Shown here piece after piece: positions 9,294-18,640 of a stretch of 64,000 nucleotides of DNA. The position numbers and the translations under genes were made by a program. The stretch's first letter is position 1; every line of letters begins with the position of its first letter. The DNA is from Clostridia bacterium (GTDB lineage: Bacteria; Bacillota; Clostridia; UMGS1883; UMGS1540), in contig JAZNQN010000044.1 of the NCBI GenBank assembly GCA_045590195.1, positions 19,186-83,185 of the forward strand. The letters are read 5' to 3'. The notes under the pieces are model-generated. The model ran no database searches. It was not told the DNA's origin and worked only from the letters and a program-made list of their open reading frames with translations.

Positions 9294-10196
9294 ATGACAA
9301 AACCTGTTCTTCGCAGCGTTAACGGGAAAAATCTTGTTTTTGCAGTTTCTGATAGTCTTTGCGTTTCAGAAGATATTCCAACACCTTCTCATACGCTTTG
9401 TACTATGCTAAAAAAATATCACGATAAGCTTGCTGAAGCAAATGTTGAACAGCTTGATGCAGTAATGCGTGATTTTGCAACAGATTTAAACGGAGAAATA
9501 AGCGTTATTGCTTCTGCTTCATCTTATAAAGACTACGCTTCCTCTCTTTCTCTTCTCACTGTAAACGGCGGCGTTGCAACAGTTACAAATGTTGGTAATA
9601 CTTCAGCTTTTTTAATGCGTGATGGTCAGCTTACTGAGCTTGCCTCGCCAAATGTTGCAAAATTGCATAAGGCTATCGTTCCAGGAAACGGAAATATGAT
9701 TGGAAATTTCAGAAGTGGCGAAACTTTAACGCCCGACCTTTCCGATTCATACGAAATTGTAAAAAACGATGTTTTCCTTCTTTGCTCTGATGGGCTTACT
9801 TCAGCACTTAATCAGCAAAGAATTTCATACATACTTTCACTTGATTTATCTGATGAGCGCCTTGCTACAAGGCTTGTAAGCGAAGCCCTCGCCCGCGGTG
9901 CAAACGATGATATAACTGTAATGATTATAAGAAATGGAGCAACACCTTATTCTTCGCCCAAGAAGAGAAAAACTGCTGTATCGCTTTGTTTTGGGGTTAT
10001 TTTACTTGCAGTTTTTGTTGCATTTATAACTTCATCATTCAAATCCTGTTCCAAAAAACCTGAAATTTCAAATGAAGGAGCAACTATCACAGAAACTGCA
10101 TCGCCGAAGCCTGATGAGTTTATGACTTCAGAAAACGATGCTTCTCCCACCCCGGTACCAACAGACGATTTTATTCTGCGAACACCAAAACCATAA
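9294..10196 (+). CDS. Membrane-anchored PP2C-like protein with degenerate metal-binding motifs (likely pseudophosphatase) and Pro/Thr-rich extracytoplasmic tail
   Basis: Aligns to PrpC/Stp PPM phosphatases ('LLCSDGLTSAL', 'GANDDITVMII' retained). The RxxNED, DGMGG and GDSR positions read RSVNGK, SDSLC and GNTS. TM helix 'VSLCFGVILLAVFVAFI'. Sigma-A-like promoter TTGACA-17-TATAAT at ~9133-9161. Confidence 0.6.
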   Translation: MTKPVLRSVNGKNLVFAVSDSLCVSEDIPTPSHTLCTMLKKYHDKLAEANVEQLDAVMRDFATDLNGEISVIASASSYKDYASSLSLLTVNGGVATVTNVGNTSAFLMRDGQLTELASPNVAKLHKAIVPGNGNMIGNFRSGETLTPDLSDSYEIVKNDVFLLCSDGLTSALNQQRISYILSLDLSDERLATRLVSEALARGANDDITVMIIRNGATPYSSPKKRKTAVSLCFGVILLAVFVAFITSSFKSCSKKPEISNEGATITETASPKPDEFMTSENDASPTPVPTDDFILRTPKP

Positions 10197-10232
10197 ATTT
10201 AAAGCTGAGCAAAATTTGCTCAGCTTTTTTAA
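10197..10232. terminator. Bidirectional terminator between the PP2C-like gene and yunB
   Basis: aaagctgagcaaaatttgctcagctttttt palindrome with flanking A/T runs. Confidence 0.6.
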
Positions 10233-10918
10233 TCGCCATCCGGCAAAAGGTTTAAAACTGCGTCCTGAGGGTCGCTTTGCCCTGTAACATTAGTATATGT
10301 TCCCGGTACTCCTCCAACAATTATTGTTTCCGCAATCGGTATCTGGGTTTTAACAGAAGTACTTTTTGAGCTGATTGGAAGAAGCACTGAGATTGTCATA
10401 CTTATTTCAAGATAAATTTCGTGTTTCGTTTGGTTAATACCGGCAGAAGTAAACTCATTTTTAACATCAATTCCGGCGTAACCAACAGGTACCATTTTTA
10501 TTTTAATTTTAGGCCCAAGGCCTGAAAACATACTTTGATTTAAAAGATTTCCAAGCGGTATTTTCGTAGTCATAAGGTCAATATCGCTTACCTTTTTTTC
10601 AACTTCCATAGCAATAGTTGACTTGAGTCTGTTTATCTCAACAACATTCGAAGTAACCGCAGCAACATTGTTTTCTCCATTTTTCTGAAAAGATACAAGG
10701 TCGCTGTATTTAATATCCGAATTTGCCATTATATCGTTTACAACATTTGCAATAACTCTTACTGCAACGCTTTTTGCCCGAGAAGATGCAACTTCGTTTA
10801 TTATTGGCCTCATTCGTACTTCGAAAATTGTAAATGAAATTATTGTACAAATCAGAAAAATGCAGAAAAATATGTAAAGCCATTTTTTCCTACTGCTTCG
10901 CCGATATTTCTTAGCCAC
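10229..10918 (-). CDS. yunB: Sporulation protein YunB-like
   Basis: N-terminal basic segment plus single TM helix, ~230 aa, overall similarity to the YunB family (recalled rather than aligned). Confidence 0.5.
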   Translation of the reverse strand: MAKKYRRSSRKKWLYIFFCIFLICTIISFTIFEVRMRPIINEVASSRAKSVAVRVIANVVNDIMANSDIKYSDLVSFQKNGENNVAAVTSNVVEINRLKSTIAMEVEKKVSDIDLMTTKIPLGNLLNQSMFSGLGPKIKIKMVPVGYAGIDVKNEFTSAGINQTKHEIYLEISMTISVLLPISSKSTSVKTQIPIAETIIVGGVPGTYTNVTGQSDPQDAVLNLLPDGD

Positions 10919-11001
10919 AAAGCATCACCATTTTTATTCTATTCAGCAAATTTTCTTTTCGTTACAAAAAACCGCCTGCAGAACAAACTTTCCGCAAACG
11001 G

Positions 11002-11964
11002 TTATTCTTCGTAAAACTCAAGTTTTACTTTGTATTTATTTTCAATATAATCTGCATTGCATCGCTTTTGTCCCAAATACTGGGAAAGTTTACCCTTGGG
11101 AACCTTCATTGAAATTACTTTTTCGCTAGAATTTTTCACAAATTCTTCAATTTCATCGCGTAAAATTCTCGCCCTGACCATTTCGCCCATAGCGCTATGA
11201 TATCCGCCTGCCAGAATTTCATCGCCAAGAGTATCTGTTTCCTGAAGACCTACCCTTATAACGTTAACGCCGCCGCTTTCTAAAATTTTAACAGCCTTTG
11301 CAGAAATTTCAACTGCTTCAGTAATGCTAAGTGGCTTATATTCGCTATATTTATACATTTCGCCAAGCTTTGTGTGTTTCAATACACAAGTTGGATATAC
11401 CCTCGCCTCGTCAGCACCAAGCCTCACAATTTCATTTGCTGTGAAAATAGTTTTTTCTTCTGTATCTCCGGGAAGACCGGGCATCATCTGAAGACCAAGA
11501 ATAAAGCCGTGTTTTTTAATAAGCTTTGCCGCATTTTCGGCATCTTTTGCACTATGGCCTCTGTTTGATAATTTAAGTACATCATCACACATCGACTGGA
11601 CACCAAGTTCAATATTTGTAACACCGTAATTTTTCAGCATTATCAGTATGTCTTCAGTTATATAATCAGGCCTTGTAGAAAGCCTTATGCCATCAACAAT
11701 TCCTCTGTCAACATATTCTTTTGCAACAGAAAGATATTCTTTTTGTTTTTCGGTTTCTATTCCCGTAAAACTTCCACCGAAAAAAGCAATAAGTGCTTTT
11801 CTGTTTTTCAAAAAACTCAGAAATGTATCAATAGTCGATTTAACATTTTCGGCAGTAGGCTCGCTTTTTTCTCCTGTGATTGAGTGCTGATTGCAAAAAA
11901 CGCAGTCATTTTTACAACCAAAATGCGGAATAAAAACCGGAATATTCGAATACTTTTCACTCAT
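11002..11964 (-). CDS. Radical SAM protein (ELP3/MiaB-like superfamily)
   Basis: CxxxCxxC motif 'CKNDCVFC' near the N-terminus; ~320 aa; abuts the rnc stop codon. Confidence 0.6.
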   Translation of the reverse strand: MSEKYSNIPVFIPHFGCKNDCVFCNQHSITGEKSEPTAENVKSTIDTFLSFLKNRKALIAFFGGSFTGIETEKQKEYLSVAKEYVDRGIVDGIRLSTRPDYITEDILIMLKNYGVTNIELGVQSMCDDVLKLSNRGHSAKDAENAAKLIKKHGFILGLQMMPGLPGDTEEKTIFTANEIVRLGADEARVYPTCVLKHTKLGEMYKYSEYKPLSITEAVEISAKAVKILESGGVNVIRVGLQETDTLGDEILAGGYHSAMGEMVRARILRDEIEEFVKNSSEKVISMKVPKGKLSQYLGQKRCNADYIENKYKVKLEFYEE

Positions 11965-12653
11965 CAGTTTATAACCCCAAACTCGGAAAGTGCCTTTTTT
12001 GCGGCAAGCTGTTCAGAATCTTTTTTAGTTCTGCCAACTCCGCGCTTAAACTCCTTGTTGTCAATTAAAAGAGAAGTTGTAAAAACCTTATTGTGGTCAG
12101 GCCCTTCTTCCAAAATGAGCTTATATGTTATTTTGCCGCCGTTTCTGCCCTGAATATATTCCTGAAGCGCAGTTTTATAATCAGAAATGTGCTTTCCGCC
12201 AAGAGCCTCTGCAATCTGCGGCTTTAATCTTTCAAGAACAAACTCCTCGGCACACTCAAATCCGCCATCAAGATACAAAGCGGCAATCAAAGCCTCCAGA
12301 GCGTCGGCCAAAATTGAAGGACGTTCTCTTCCGCCTGTCATTTCTTCGCCTTTGCCAAGATATATATATTCGCCAAGGTTTATTTCCTGAGCACATTCAG
12401 CAAGTGAGCGCTCGCAAACAATATTTGCTCTTGTTTTCGACATTTCGCCCTCTGCCAGAGTATTCAGAGAAAAAAGATATTTACTTATAACAAGGCTTAA
12501 AACCGAGTCGCCAAGAAATTCCATTCTCTCGTTATAAGGCGATTTTCCATGCATTTCATTTGCATACGAAGAATGAGTGAGCGCAGTTTTAAGAAGCGAC
12601 ATATTTTTAAATTCGTGATTTGTAATTTGCAAAAATATTTTCTTTAAATCCAC
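11964..12653 (-). CDS. rnc: Ribonuclease III
   Basis: Signature 'ALTHSSYANE' ... 'ERMEFLGDSVL' and a C-terminal dsRBD. Confidence 0.9.
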   Translation of the reverse strand: MDLKKIFLQITNHEFKNMSLLKTALTHSSYANEMHGKSPYNERMEFLGDSVLSLVISKYLFSLNTLAEGEMSKTRANIVCERSLAECAQEINLGEYIYLGKGEEMTGGRERPSILADALEALIAALYLDGGFECAEEFVLERLKPQIAEALGGKHISDYKTALQEYIQGRNGGKITYKLILEEGPDHNKVFTTSLLIDNKEFKRGVGRTKKDSEQLAAKKALSEFGVIN

Positions 12654-12715
12654 ATTGCAAACCTTCCTTCTGAAAAATCAAAAATAAATCCACACCTTGC
12701 AGTGTGGATTTAAAA

Positions 12716-12955
12716 TTATTCGGCAATTGAACCGATATAGTCTACAACATCTGCTACTGTTGAAATTTTTTCAGCAGCGTCATCGGGAATTTCAATTGAG
12801 AATTCTTCTTCAAAAGCCATAACAAGCTCTACAATATCAAGTGAATCCGCACCGAGTGTATCTACGAATGAAGCATCCATAGTAACTTTGTCTTCGGAAA
12901 CTCCAAGCTGGTCAACGATAATTGCTTTAACTTTATCAAATACCACTATCTGCAC
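12716..12955 (-). CDS. acpP: Acyl carrier protein
   Basis: '[19 protein letters not shown]' phosphopantetheine-attachment motif; 79 aa. Confidence 0.9.
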   Translation of the reverse strand: MQIVVFDKVKAIIVDQLGVSEDKVTMDASFVDTLGADSLDIVELVMAFEEEFSIEIPDDAAEKISTVADVVDYIGSIAE

Positions 12956-13959
12956 CTCCTTCTTCTACAGCCGAGTATTTTGCCATTTCTTCCTGAAGCT
13001 TTAATATAAAGTCGCTTTTTGCAAAAGCATCTGCCTGCTTTATTGTATGCATTATAGTTTTTGCATCACTTGTTCCGTGAGCTTTAATAACGCATTTTGT
13101 AACTCCAAGGAAAGGCGCACCGCCATATTCTTTGTAATCCATTTTTTTCTTAAGTTTATAAATACCTTTTTTAAGCATCAAAGCTGCAAGTTTTGAAACA
13201 ATACCGCTTAAAAAAAGTTCTTTAACATTTTTGAAAAGCACAAGACCAGTGCCTTCAGTTGCCTTGAGAAGAATGTTTCCTGAAAAACCATCGCACACAA
13301 CTACATCGCACGCGCCCATCACAGGATCTCTTCCCTCAACATTGCCAACAAAATTAAGGCCGCTGTTTTGTAAAAGTTCATAAGCTTCTTTAACAAGCTC
13401 GTTACCCTTACCGGCTTCAGCACCAATATTTAAAAGGCCGATTTCAGGGTTTTCTTTTCCTAAAACCCTTTGTGCATAAATTGAGCCCATAATTGCAAAT
13501 TCAAGCAGGTTTTTGGGTTTACAGTTTGTGTTTGCACCTGTATCAACAATAATAAAATTATCTTTATCGCTTGGAAGAGTTGGCACAAGAGCAGGCCTTG
13601 AAACGCCCTCAATTCTTTTAAGAAAGTGAATAGCACCGGTTAAAAGAGCACCTGTGCTTCCGGCAGAAACTAAAGCATCTGCCTTCCCCTCTGCAAGCAG
13701 ATTAAAAGCACGAACCATGGAAGAATCTTTTTTAGTTCTGATGGCCGAGGTGGGTTTATCATCGTTTGTAATTACCTCGGTTGCATTTATAATTTCAATT
13801 TTTTCTTTGTCATATTTTTCGTTTGCAAGGATATCGGAAATAGTTTTTTCTTCGCCTACAACTAAAATTTTACCGTCAATAACCAAAGAAGCCATAGCAG
13901 CTCCACGAACTATTTCCTTTGGGGCATTGTCGCCGCCCATTGCGTCAATCGCAATAACC
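12936..13959 (-). CDS. plsX: Phosphate acyltransferase PlsX
   Basis: '[12 protein letters not shown]' N-terminal motif. Start placed at the ATG preceded by GTGAGGTG rather than the upstream GTG. Confidence 0.85.
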
Positions 13960-14138
13960 ATAACAATCACCTCACTACATACTATTTAGGTATTATACCT
14001 TAAATACGCCAATTTTGCAAGAGAATTTTACAAAAAAATTAAAATCCGGTAACAAAAAAAGTTTTTTACCTATTTATATAACGATTTTTGTTGATTAAAT
14101 TTTCTTTTTCTGTTATACTGTATTATGAGGTGTTTTTT

Positions 14139-17100
14139 GTGTATTTAAAAAAACTAGAAATGCAGGGGTTTAAATCTTTTGTTGATAAAATCTCGCTTGA
14201 TTTCGGTAACGGAATAACCGCCATTGTTGGCCCGAACGGCAGCGGAAAAAGTAATATTTCCGATGCTATACGCTGGGTTTTAGGCGAGCAGAGCATTAAA
14301 ACTTTGCGCGGAAGCAAAATGGAAGATGTTATTTTTGCCGGAACCGAAAAAAGAAAGCCTACCGGCTTTGCCGAGGTTTCGTTAACACTTGATAACTCTG
14401 AAAGAATTTTTGATATTGACTATAATGAAATAACTGTTACACGAAGAGTTTACAGAAGCGGTGAAAGCGAATACTTTATAAACCGTGCAATTTGTCGCCT
14501 TCGTGATATTGCCGAACTTTTTATGGATACAGGCCTTGGTAAAGACGGGTATTCCATAATAGGCCAGGGTAAAATTGATGCGATAGTATCAGGAAAGCCT
14601 GAAGAACGCCGCAAAATTTTTGAAGAAGCGGCAGGTGTTTCAAAATTTAAATACAAAAAAATTCAGGCTGAGCATAAACTCGCCCAGACAGAGGACAACC
14701 TTGAAAGAGTACTTGATATTGCAGGCGAGCTTGAAAGCAGGCTCTCCCCTCTTAAAAAACAATCAGAAAAAGCTACGCGGTATCTTGAACTTCGTGACAA
14801 ACTTACTCAGCTTGACATAAATCTTTATGTTGAAAAAATTACACACCTCACAAAATCACTTGAACAGCAGAGAGAAAAACTTTCTTTCCACATAAAAGAA
14901 CTTGAAACTGAAAATGCGCTTTATGAGCAGTTTCAGGAAAAAGAGGCACAGTTTTATTCAGAAACCGCTGAAGTTGAGCTTAACTTATCAAACCTTCGCG
15001 AAGCGTTACATAAAACCCAGATTTCTCAAACAGAGCTTGCAGGCGAAATATCTCTTATTAAAAATAATATTAGTGATTTTGGCCGCAGAATTTCTGAAAC
15101 TGAAACTGAAATCAATATGATACTTGGCGACTTTTCCGGCGAAGATGCCAAAAAGGCAGAAATTGCCGCAGATATTGAAAAATATACTGCCGAAAAAAAT
15201 CGTCTGTTATCGGAGATTGACGGCATAAGCGAAAAAATTTCTGACATTTCTGCTGAAGTTGACCAGGTTAATTCTTCTCTTCAGCTTAAAATGCAGGAGG
15301 AAAACAACAAACAGCGTGAAATCGACTTGCTTCAGGGCAAAATTGCAACAATTGATGCACTTGATCAGAATTTCGATGAAAGGCTTGAAAAACTTACTCA
15401 GGCTGCAAACGATGCAAAGGCAAGCCATAATAGCGCAAAAGAAAAATATGATGAGTACGAAAAAGAAATAAATGATAAAAAAGCTCATCAGGCTAAGCTT
15501 TTGGAAACATCGAAAAAACTTGAAAGCGATGCCGAAGCCAAAAAAACTGAAATTTCACAGCTTAAAAATGAGTATAACGACTTAAATGACGAATATAATA
15601 AAAAGATGTCACGCCTGAATATTCTTACAGATATGGAAAAAAATCTTGACGGATTTGCACACGGCGTAAAAGCACTTTTAAAAAGTGATGTTTCAAAGGA
15701 ATATAATATTCACGGCATCTATTCAAAGCTTATTAAAACCGACGAAAAATATTTTACCGCAGTTGAAGTTGCCCTTGGAAATGCAATGCAAAACATAGTT
15801 GTTTCAACTGACAGCGATGCAAAAGCGGCAATAAGATACTTAAAAGGCGGAAATCATGGCCGTGTAACATTTTTGCCGGTATCATCTGTTAAAGGCAAAC
15901 GCGGAACATTTGAAGGCGAAATAAAATCGTGCCCGGGTTACCTTGGCCTTGTTTGCGACAAAATTGAATGTAGCGAGCAGTATCGCGAAATTACAGAGAG
16001 CTTATTAGGCCAAACTGCGCTTTTTGACAATATAGACAACGCCTTAAAAGCCGCAAAGCAATTTAACTATAAAATAAAAATTGTTACACTTGGCGGCGAG
16101 GCACTTCATCCCGGCGGTTCAATTTCCGGCGGAAGTGCACCAAAAAATTCAGGGCTTTTGGGCAGAGAAAGCGAAATTGCAAAGCTTACTGAAGTTTGCC
16201 GCAACCTCGAAAAGAAAATGGATAAAGCAGATGACAAAATTGCCGATTTCACCGATGAAATCCGCTCACTTTTAAAAGAACACGAGGTTTGCAGCGAAAA
16301 TCTTCGCAAAACAGGCGAAGAGATATTAAAGCTTATTGGTACACGCGAAATTCAATCGCACATTTTATCAAGAGAAGAATCGGAAATGGAAAAACTTTCC
16401 TCCGAACTTTCCCTTATTAAAAGAGCTGGCGAAAACAGCGCATCTGAAAAGAAACAGCTTCAATTACAAATTGATGCTGAAAACTTAAACAGGGAAAGAA
16501 TTAAAGCCGACGCAGAGCTTTTGCGTCAGCAAATAAGCGACCTTATCAAAAAACGTGAGAGCCTTAACTCAAAAACAGTTGAAATTCGTGTTAAAATTTC
16601 AACTCAGAATTCGCAAATCGAAATGTGTAATATGAAATCCGAAAACATTTCTGCCGAGCATCAGCGCCAGGAACAGCGAATTAAGCTTTTAAAATTCAGC
16701 ATTGAAGAAATGGAAAAGCGAATTTCCCAGCTTCAGGCTGAAATTAAAGTTAAAGAGCAAAATGTTGAAGAAAACAAGGCTTTAGCCGATAAATACGAAG
16801 GCGAAATTACAAGCATTATTTCTTCCAAGGCTGACAGTGACAAGGAAATTTCTGCTTTAAAGGAAAACATTCGGGTTCAGAACGAGAAATTAAACAATCT
16901 TAAAATTGCTTATGCAAGAATGGAAGATGGCATTTCTCACTCTGAGCAAAGCCTTGATGATGCAATTGGAAAGCTTTGGAGCGAATACGACATCAGCTTT
17001 TCTGAAGCGCAAAACCGTGCTACTGAAATTGACAATATTGAAGAAGCCAGGAAAACTGCAGGCACATTAAAAGCACAAATCCGTGCACTTGGTAATATAA

Positions 17101-17699
17101 ATGTTGAGGCAATTGAAGAGTACAAAGAAGTTTCAGAAAGATACGAGTTTTTGTCGAAACAAATTGAAGATTTAACAACTTCAAAAAATGAGCTCACTTC
17201 TCTTATCAGTGATACCGTTAAGAGTATGAACACAAGATTTATTACTGAATTTGAAAACATAAATCAGCATTTTGCAAATATTTTCCGAGAGCTTTTTGGT
17301 GGCGGTACTGCTGCACTCAGCCTTACCGACCCTACTAATATTGCCGAAACAGGAATTGAAATCAGCGTAAGGCCTCCGGGCAAAAAGCTTCAACGCCTAA
17401 GCCTTTTATCAGGCGGAGAAATGGCGCTTACTGCCATAGCAATTTTATTTGCAATTTTGAAAGTGCGCCCTACCCCATTTTGTATTCTTGACGAAATCGA
17501 GGCAGCACTTGACGACAACAACATTCAAAGATTTTGTAACTACATTAAAAACTTTTCAAACACTACTCAGTTTATCGTTGTAACTCATCGACGCGGAACA
17601 ATGGAAGCGGCTGATATTTTATATGGTGTTACAATGCAGGAGAAAGGCATTTCAAAACTTCTTTCGATGCGTCCCGATGAAGTAGAGGTTGAAAACTAA
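14139..17699 (+). CDS. smc: Chromosome segregation protein SMC
   Basis: Walker A 'GPNGSGKSNISDAI', long coiled coils, hinge, C-terminal 'LSGGE' signature and Walker B 'ILDEIEAALD'. GTG start with GAGGTG RBS. Confidence 0.9.
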   Translation: MYLKKLEMQGFKSFVDKISLDFGNGITAIVGPNGSGKSNISDAIRWVLGEQSIKTLRGSKMEDVIFAGTEKRKPTGFAEVSLTLDNSERIFDIDYNEITVTRRVYRSGESEYFINRAICRLRDIAELFMDTGLGKDGYSIIGQGKIDAIVSGKPEERRKIFEEAAGVSKFKYKKIQAEHKLAQTEDNLERVLDIAGELESRLSPLKKQSEKATRYLELRDKLTQLDINLYVEKITHLTKSLEQQREKLSFHIKELETENALYEQFQEKEAQFYSETAEVELNLSNLREALHKTQISQTELAGEISLIKNNISDFGRRISETETEINMILGDFSGEDAKKAEIAADIEKYTAEKNRLLSEIDGISEKISDISAEVDQVNSSLQLKMQEENNKQREIDLLQGKIATIDALDQNFDERLEKLTQAANDAKASHNSAKEKYDEYEKEINDKKAHQAKLLETSKKLESDAEAKKTEISQLKNEYNDLNDEYNKKMSRLNILTDMEKNLDGFAHGVKALLKSDVSKEYNIHGIYSKLIKTDEKYFTAVEVALGNAMQNIVVSTDSDAKAAIRYLKGGNHGRVTFLPVSSVKGKRGTFEGEIKSCPGYLGLVCDKIECSEQYREITESLLGQTALFDNIDNALKAAKQFNYKIKIVTLGGEALHPGGSISGGSAPKNSGLLGRESEIAKLTEVCRNLEKKMDKADDKIADFTDEIRSLLKEHEVCSENLRKTGEEILKLIGTREIQSHILSREESEMEKLSSELSLIKRAGENSASEKKQLQLQIDAENLNRERIKADAELLRQQISDLIKKRESLNSKTVEIRVKISTQNSQIEMCNMKSENISAEHQRQEQRIKLLKFSIEEMEKRISQLQAEIKVKEQNVEENKALADKYEGEITSIISSKADSDKEISALKENIRVQNEKLNNLKIAYARMEDGISHSEQSLDDAIGKLWSEYDISFSEAQNRATEIDNIEEARKTAGTLKAQIRALGNINVEAIEEYKEVSERYEFLSKQIEDLTTSKNELTSLISDTVKSMNTRFITEFENINQHFANIFRELFGGGTAALSLTDPTNIAETGIEISVRPPGKKLQRLSLLSGGEMALTAIAILFAILKVRPTPFCILDEIEAALDDNNIQRFCNYIKNFSNTTQFIVVTHRRGTMEAADILYGVTMQEKGISKLLSMRPDEVEVEN

Positions 17700-17716
17700 G
17701 CCGAAAGGAAAAAATT

Positions 17717-18637
17717 ATGGAAGAAAAAAAGGGATTATTTCAACGCCTTAAAGCCGGGCTTACTAAAACCCGTGAAGCAATTTCAGAAAGCGTTGAAAAT
17801 GTATTTAAAGCTTTTGTAAAAGTTGATGAAGATTTATTTGAAGAGCTTTTGGAGGCACTTATAGAAGCCGACCTTGGCGCAACACTGGCTATGGACATTA
17901 CCGACGAACTTCGTGACAAAGTTAAATCCGAACGAATTACTGACGGCAATGAGGTGAGAAATGCGCTTTACGAAATTATTGCAGAAAAACTTGCAACCGA
18001 TACACCTTCGCTTGATTTATCGGGAAAGCCTGCAGTTATTTTTGTTATTGGCGTTAATGGCGTTGGTAAAACCACTACAATCGGTAAAATAGCATCAAAA
18101 CTTAAAGCTGAAGGCAAAACAGTTTTATTGGCTGCGGCCGATACATTTCGTGCAGCCGCTATAAATCAGCTTGATATTTGGGCACAACGTGCAGGTGTTG
18201 ATATTATTAAAGGTGCAGAAGGGGCCGACCCTTCCTCTGTTATATTTGATGCATGCACAGCTGCAAAAAAACGCGGTGCAGATGTTCTCATATGTGACAC
18301 TGCCGGAAGGCTTCACAACAAGAAAAACCTTATGGATGAGCTTTCAAAAATGTATCGTGTAATTGGCAGAGAACTTCCCGAAAGCTCAAAAGAAACTTTG
18401 CTTGTACTTGATGCCTCTACCGGACAAAATGCTTTGGTTCAGGCTCAGATGTTTGCAGAAACCTCTGAAATTACAGGAATTATTCTTACAAAACTTGATG
18501 GAACTGCCAAAGGCGGTATCGTGATTTCAATAGTTTCAAGCCTTGATATTCCCGTGAAATTCATTGGTGTTGGCGAAGAAGCTGACGACCTTCAACCGTT
18601 TAATCCAAGCGATTTTGCAAAGGCACTTTTCGAATAG
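17717..18637 (+). CDS. ftsY: Signal recognition particle receptor FtsY
   Basis: SRP GTPase motifs 'GVNGVGKTTTIGKIA', 'DTAGR', 'TKLDG'. Confidence 0.9.
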   Translation: MEEKKGLFQRLKAGLTKTREAISESVENVFKAFVKVDEDLFEELLEALIEADLGATLAMDITDELRDKVKSERITDGNEVRNALYEIIAEKLATDTPSLDLSGKPAVIFVIGVNGVGKTTTIGKIASKLKAEGKTVLLAAADTFRAAAINQLDIWAQRAGVDIIKGAEGADPSSVIFDACTAAKKRGADVLICDTAGRLHNKKNLMDELSKMYRVIGRELPESSKETLLVLDASTGQNALVQAQMFAETSEITGIILTKLDGTAKGGIVISIVSSLDIPVKFIGVGEEADDLQPFNPSDFAKALFE

Positions 18638-18640
18638 GAG

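Noticed and set aside
10919-11001. Imperfect hairpin (aaccgcctgcag ... ccgcaaacgg) downstream of the radical SAM gene as a terminator
   Set aside because: Arms do not pair well enough to call confidently, though a T-run is present on the coding strand.
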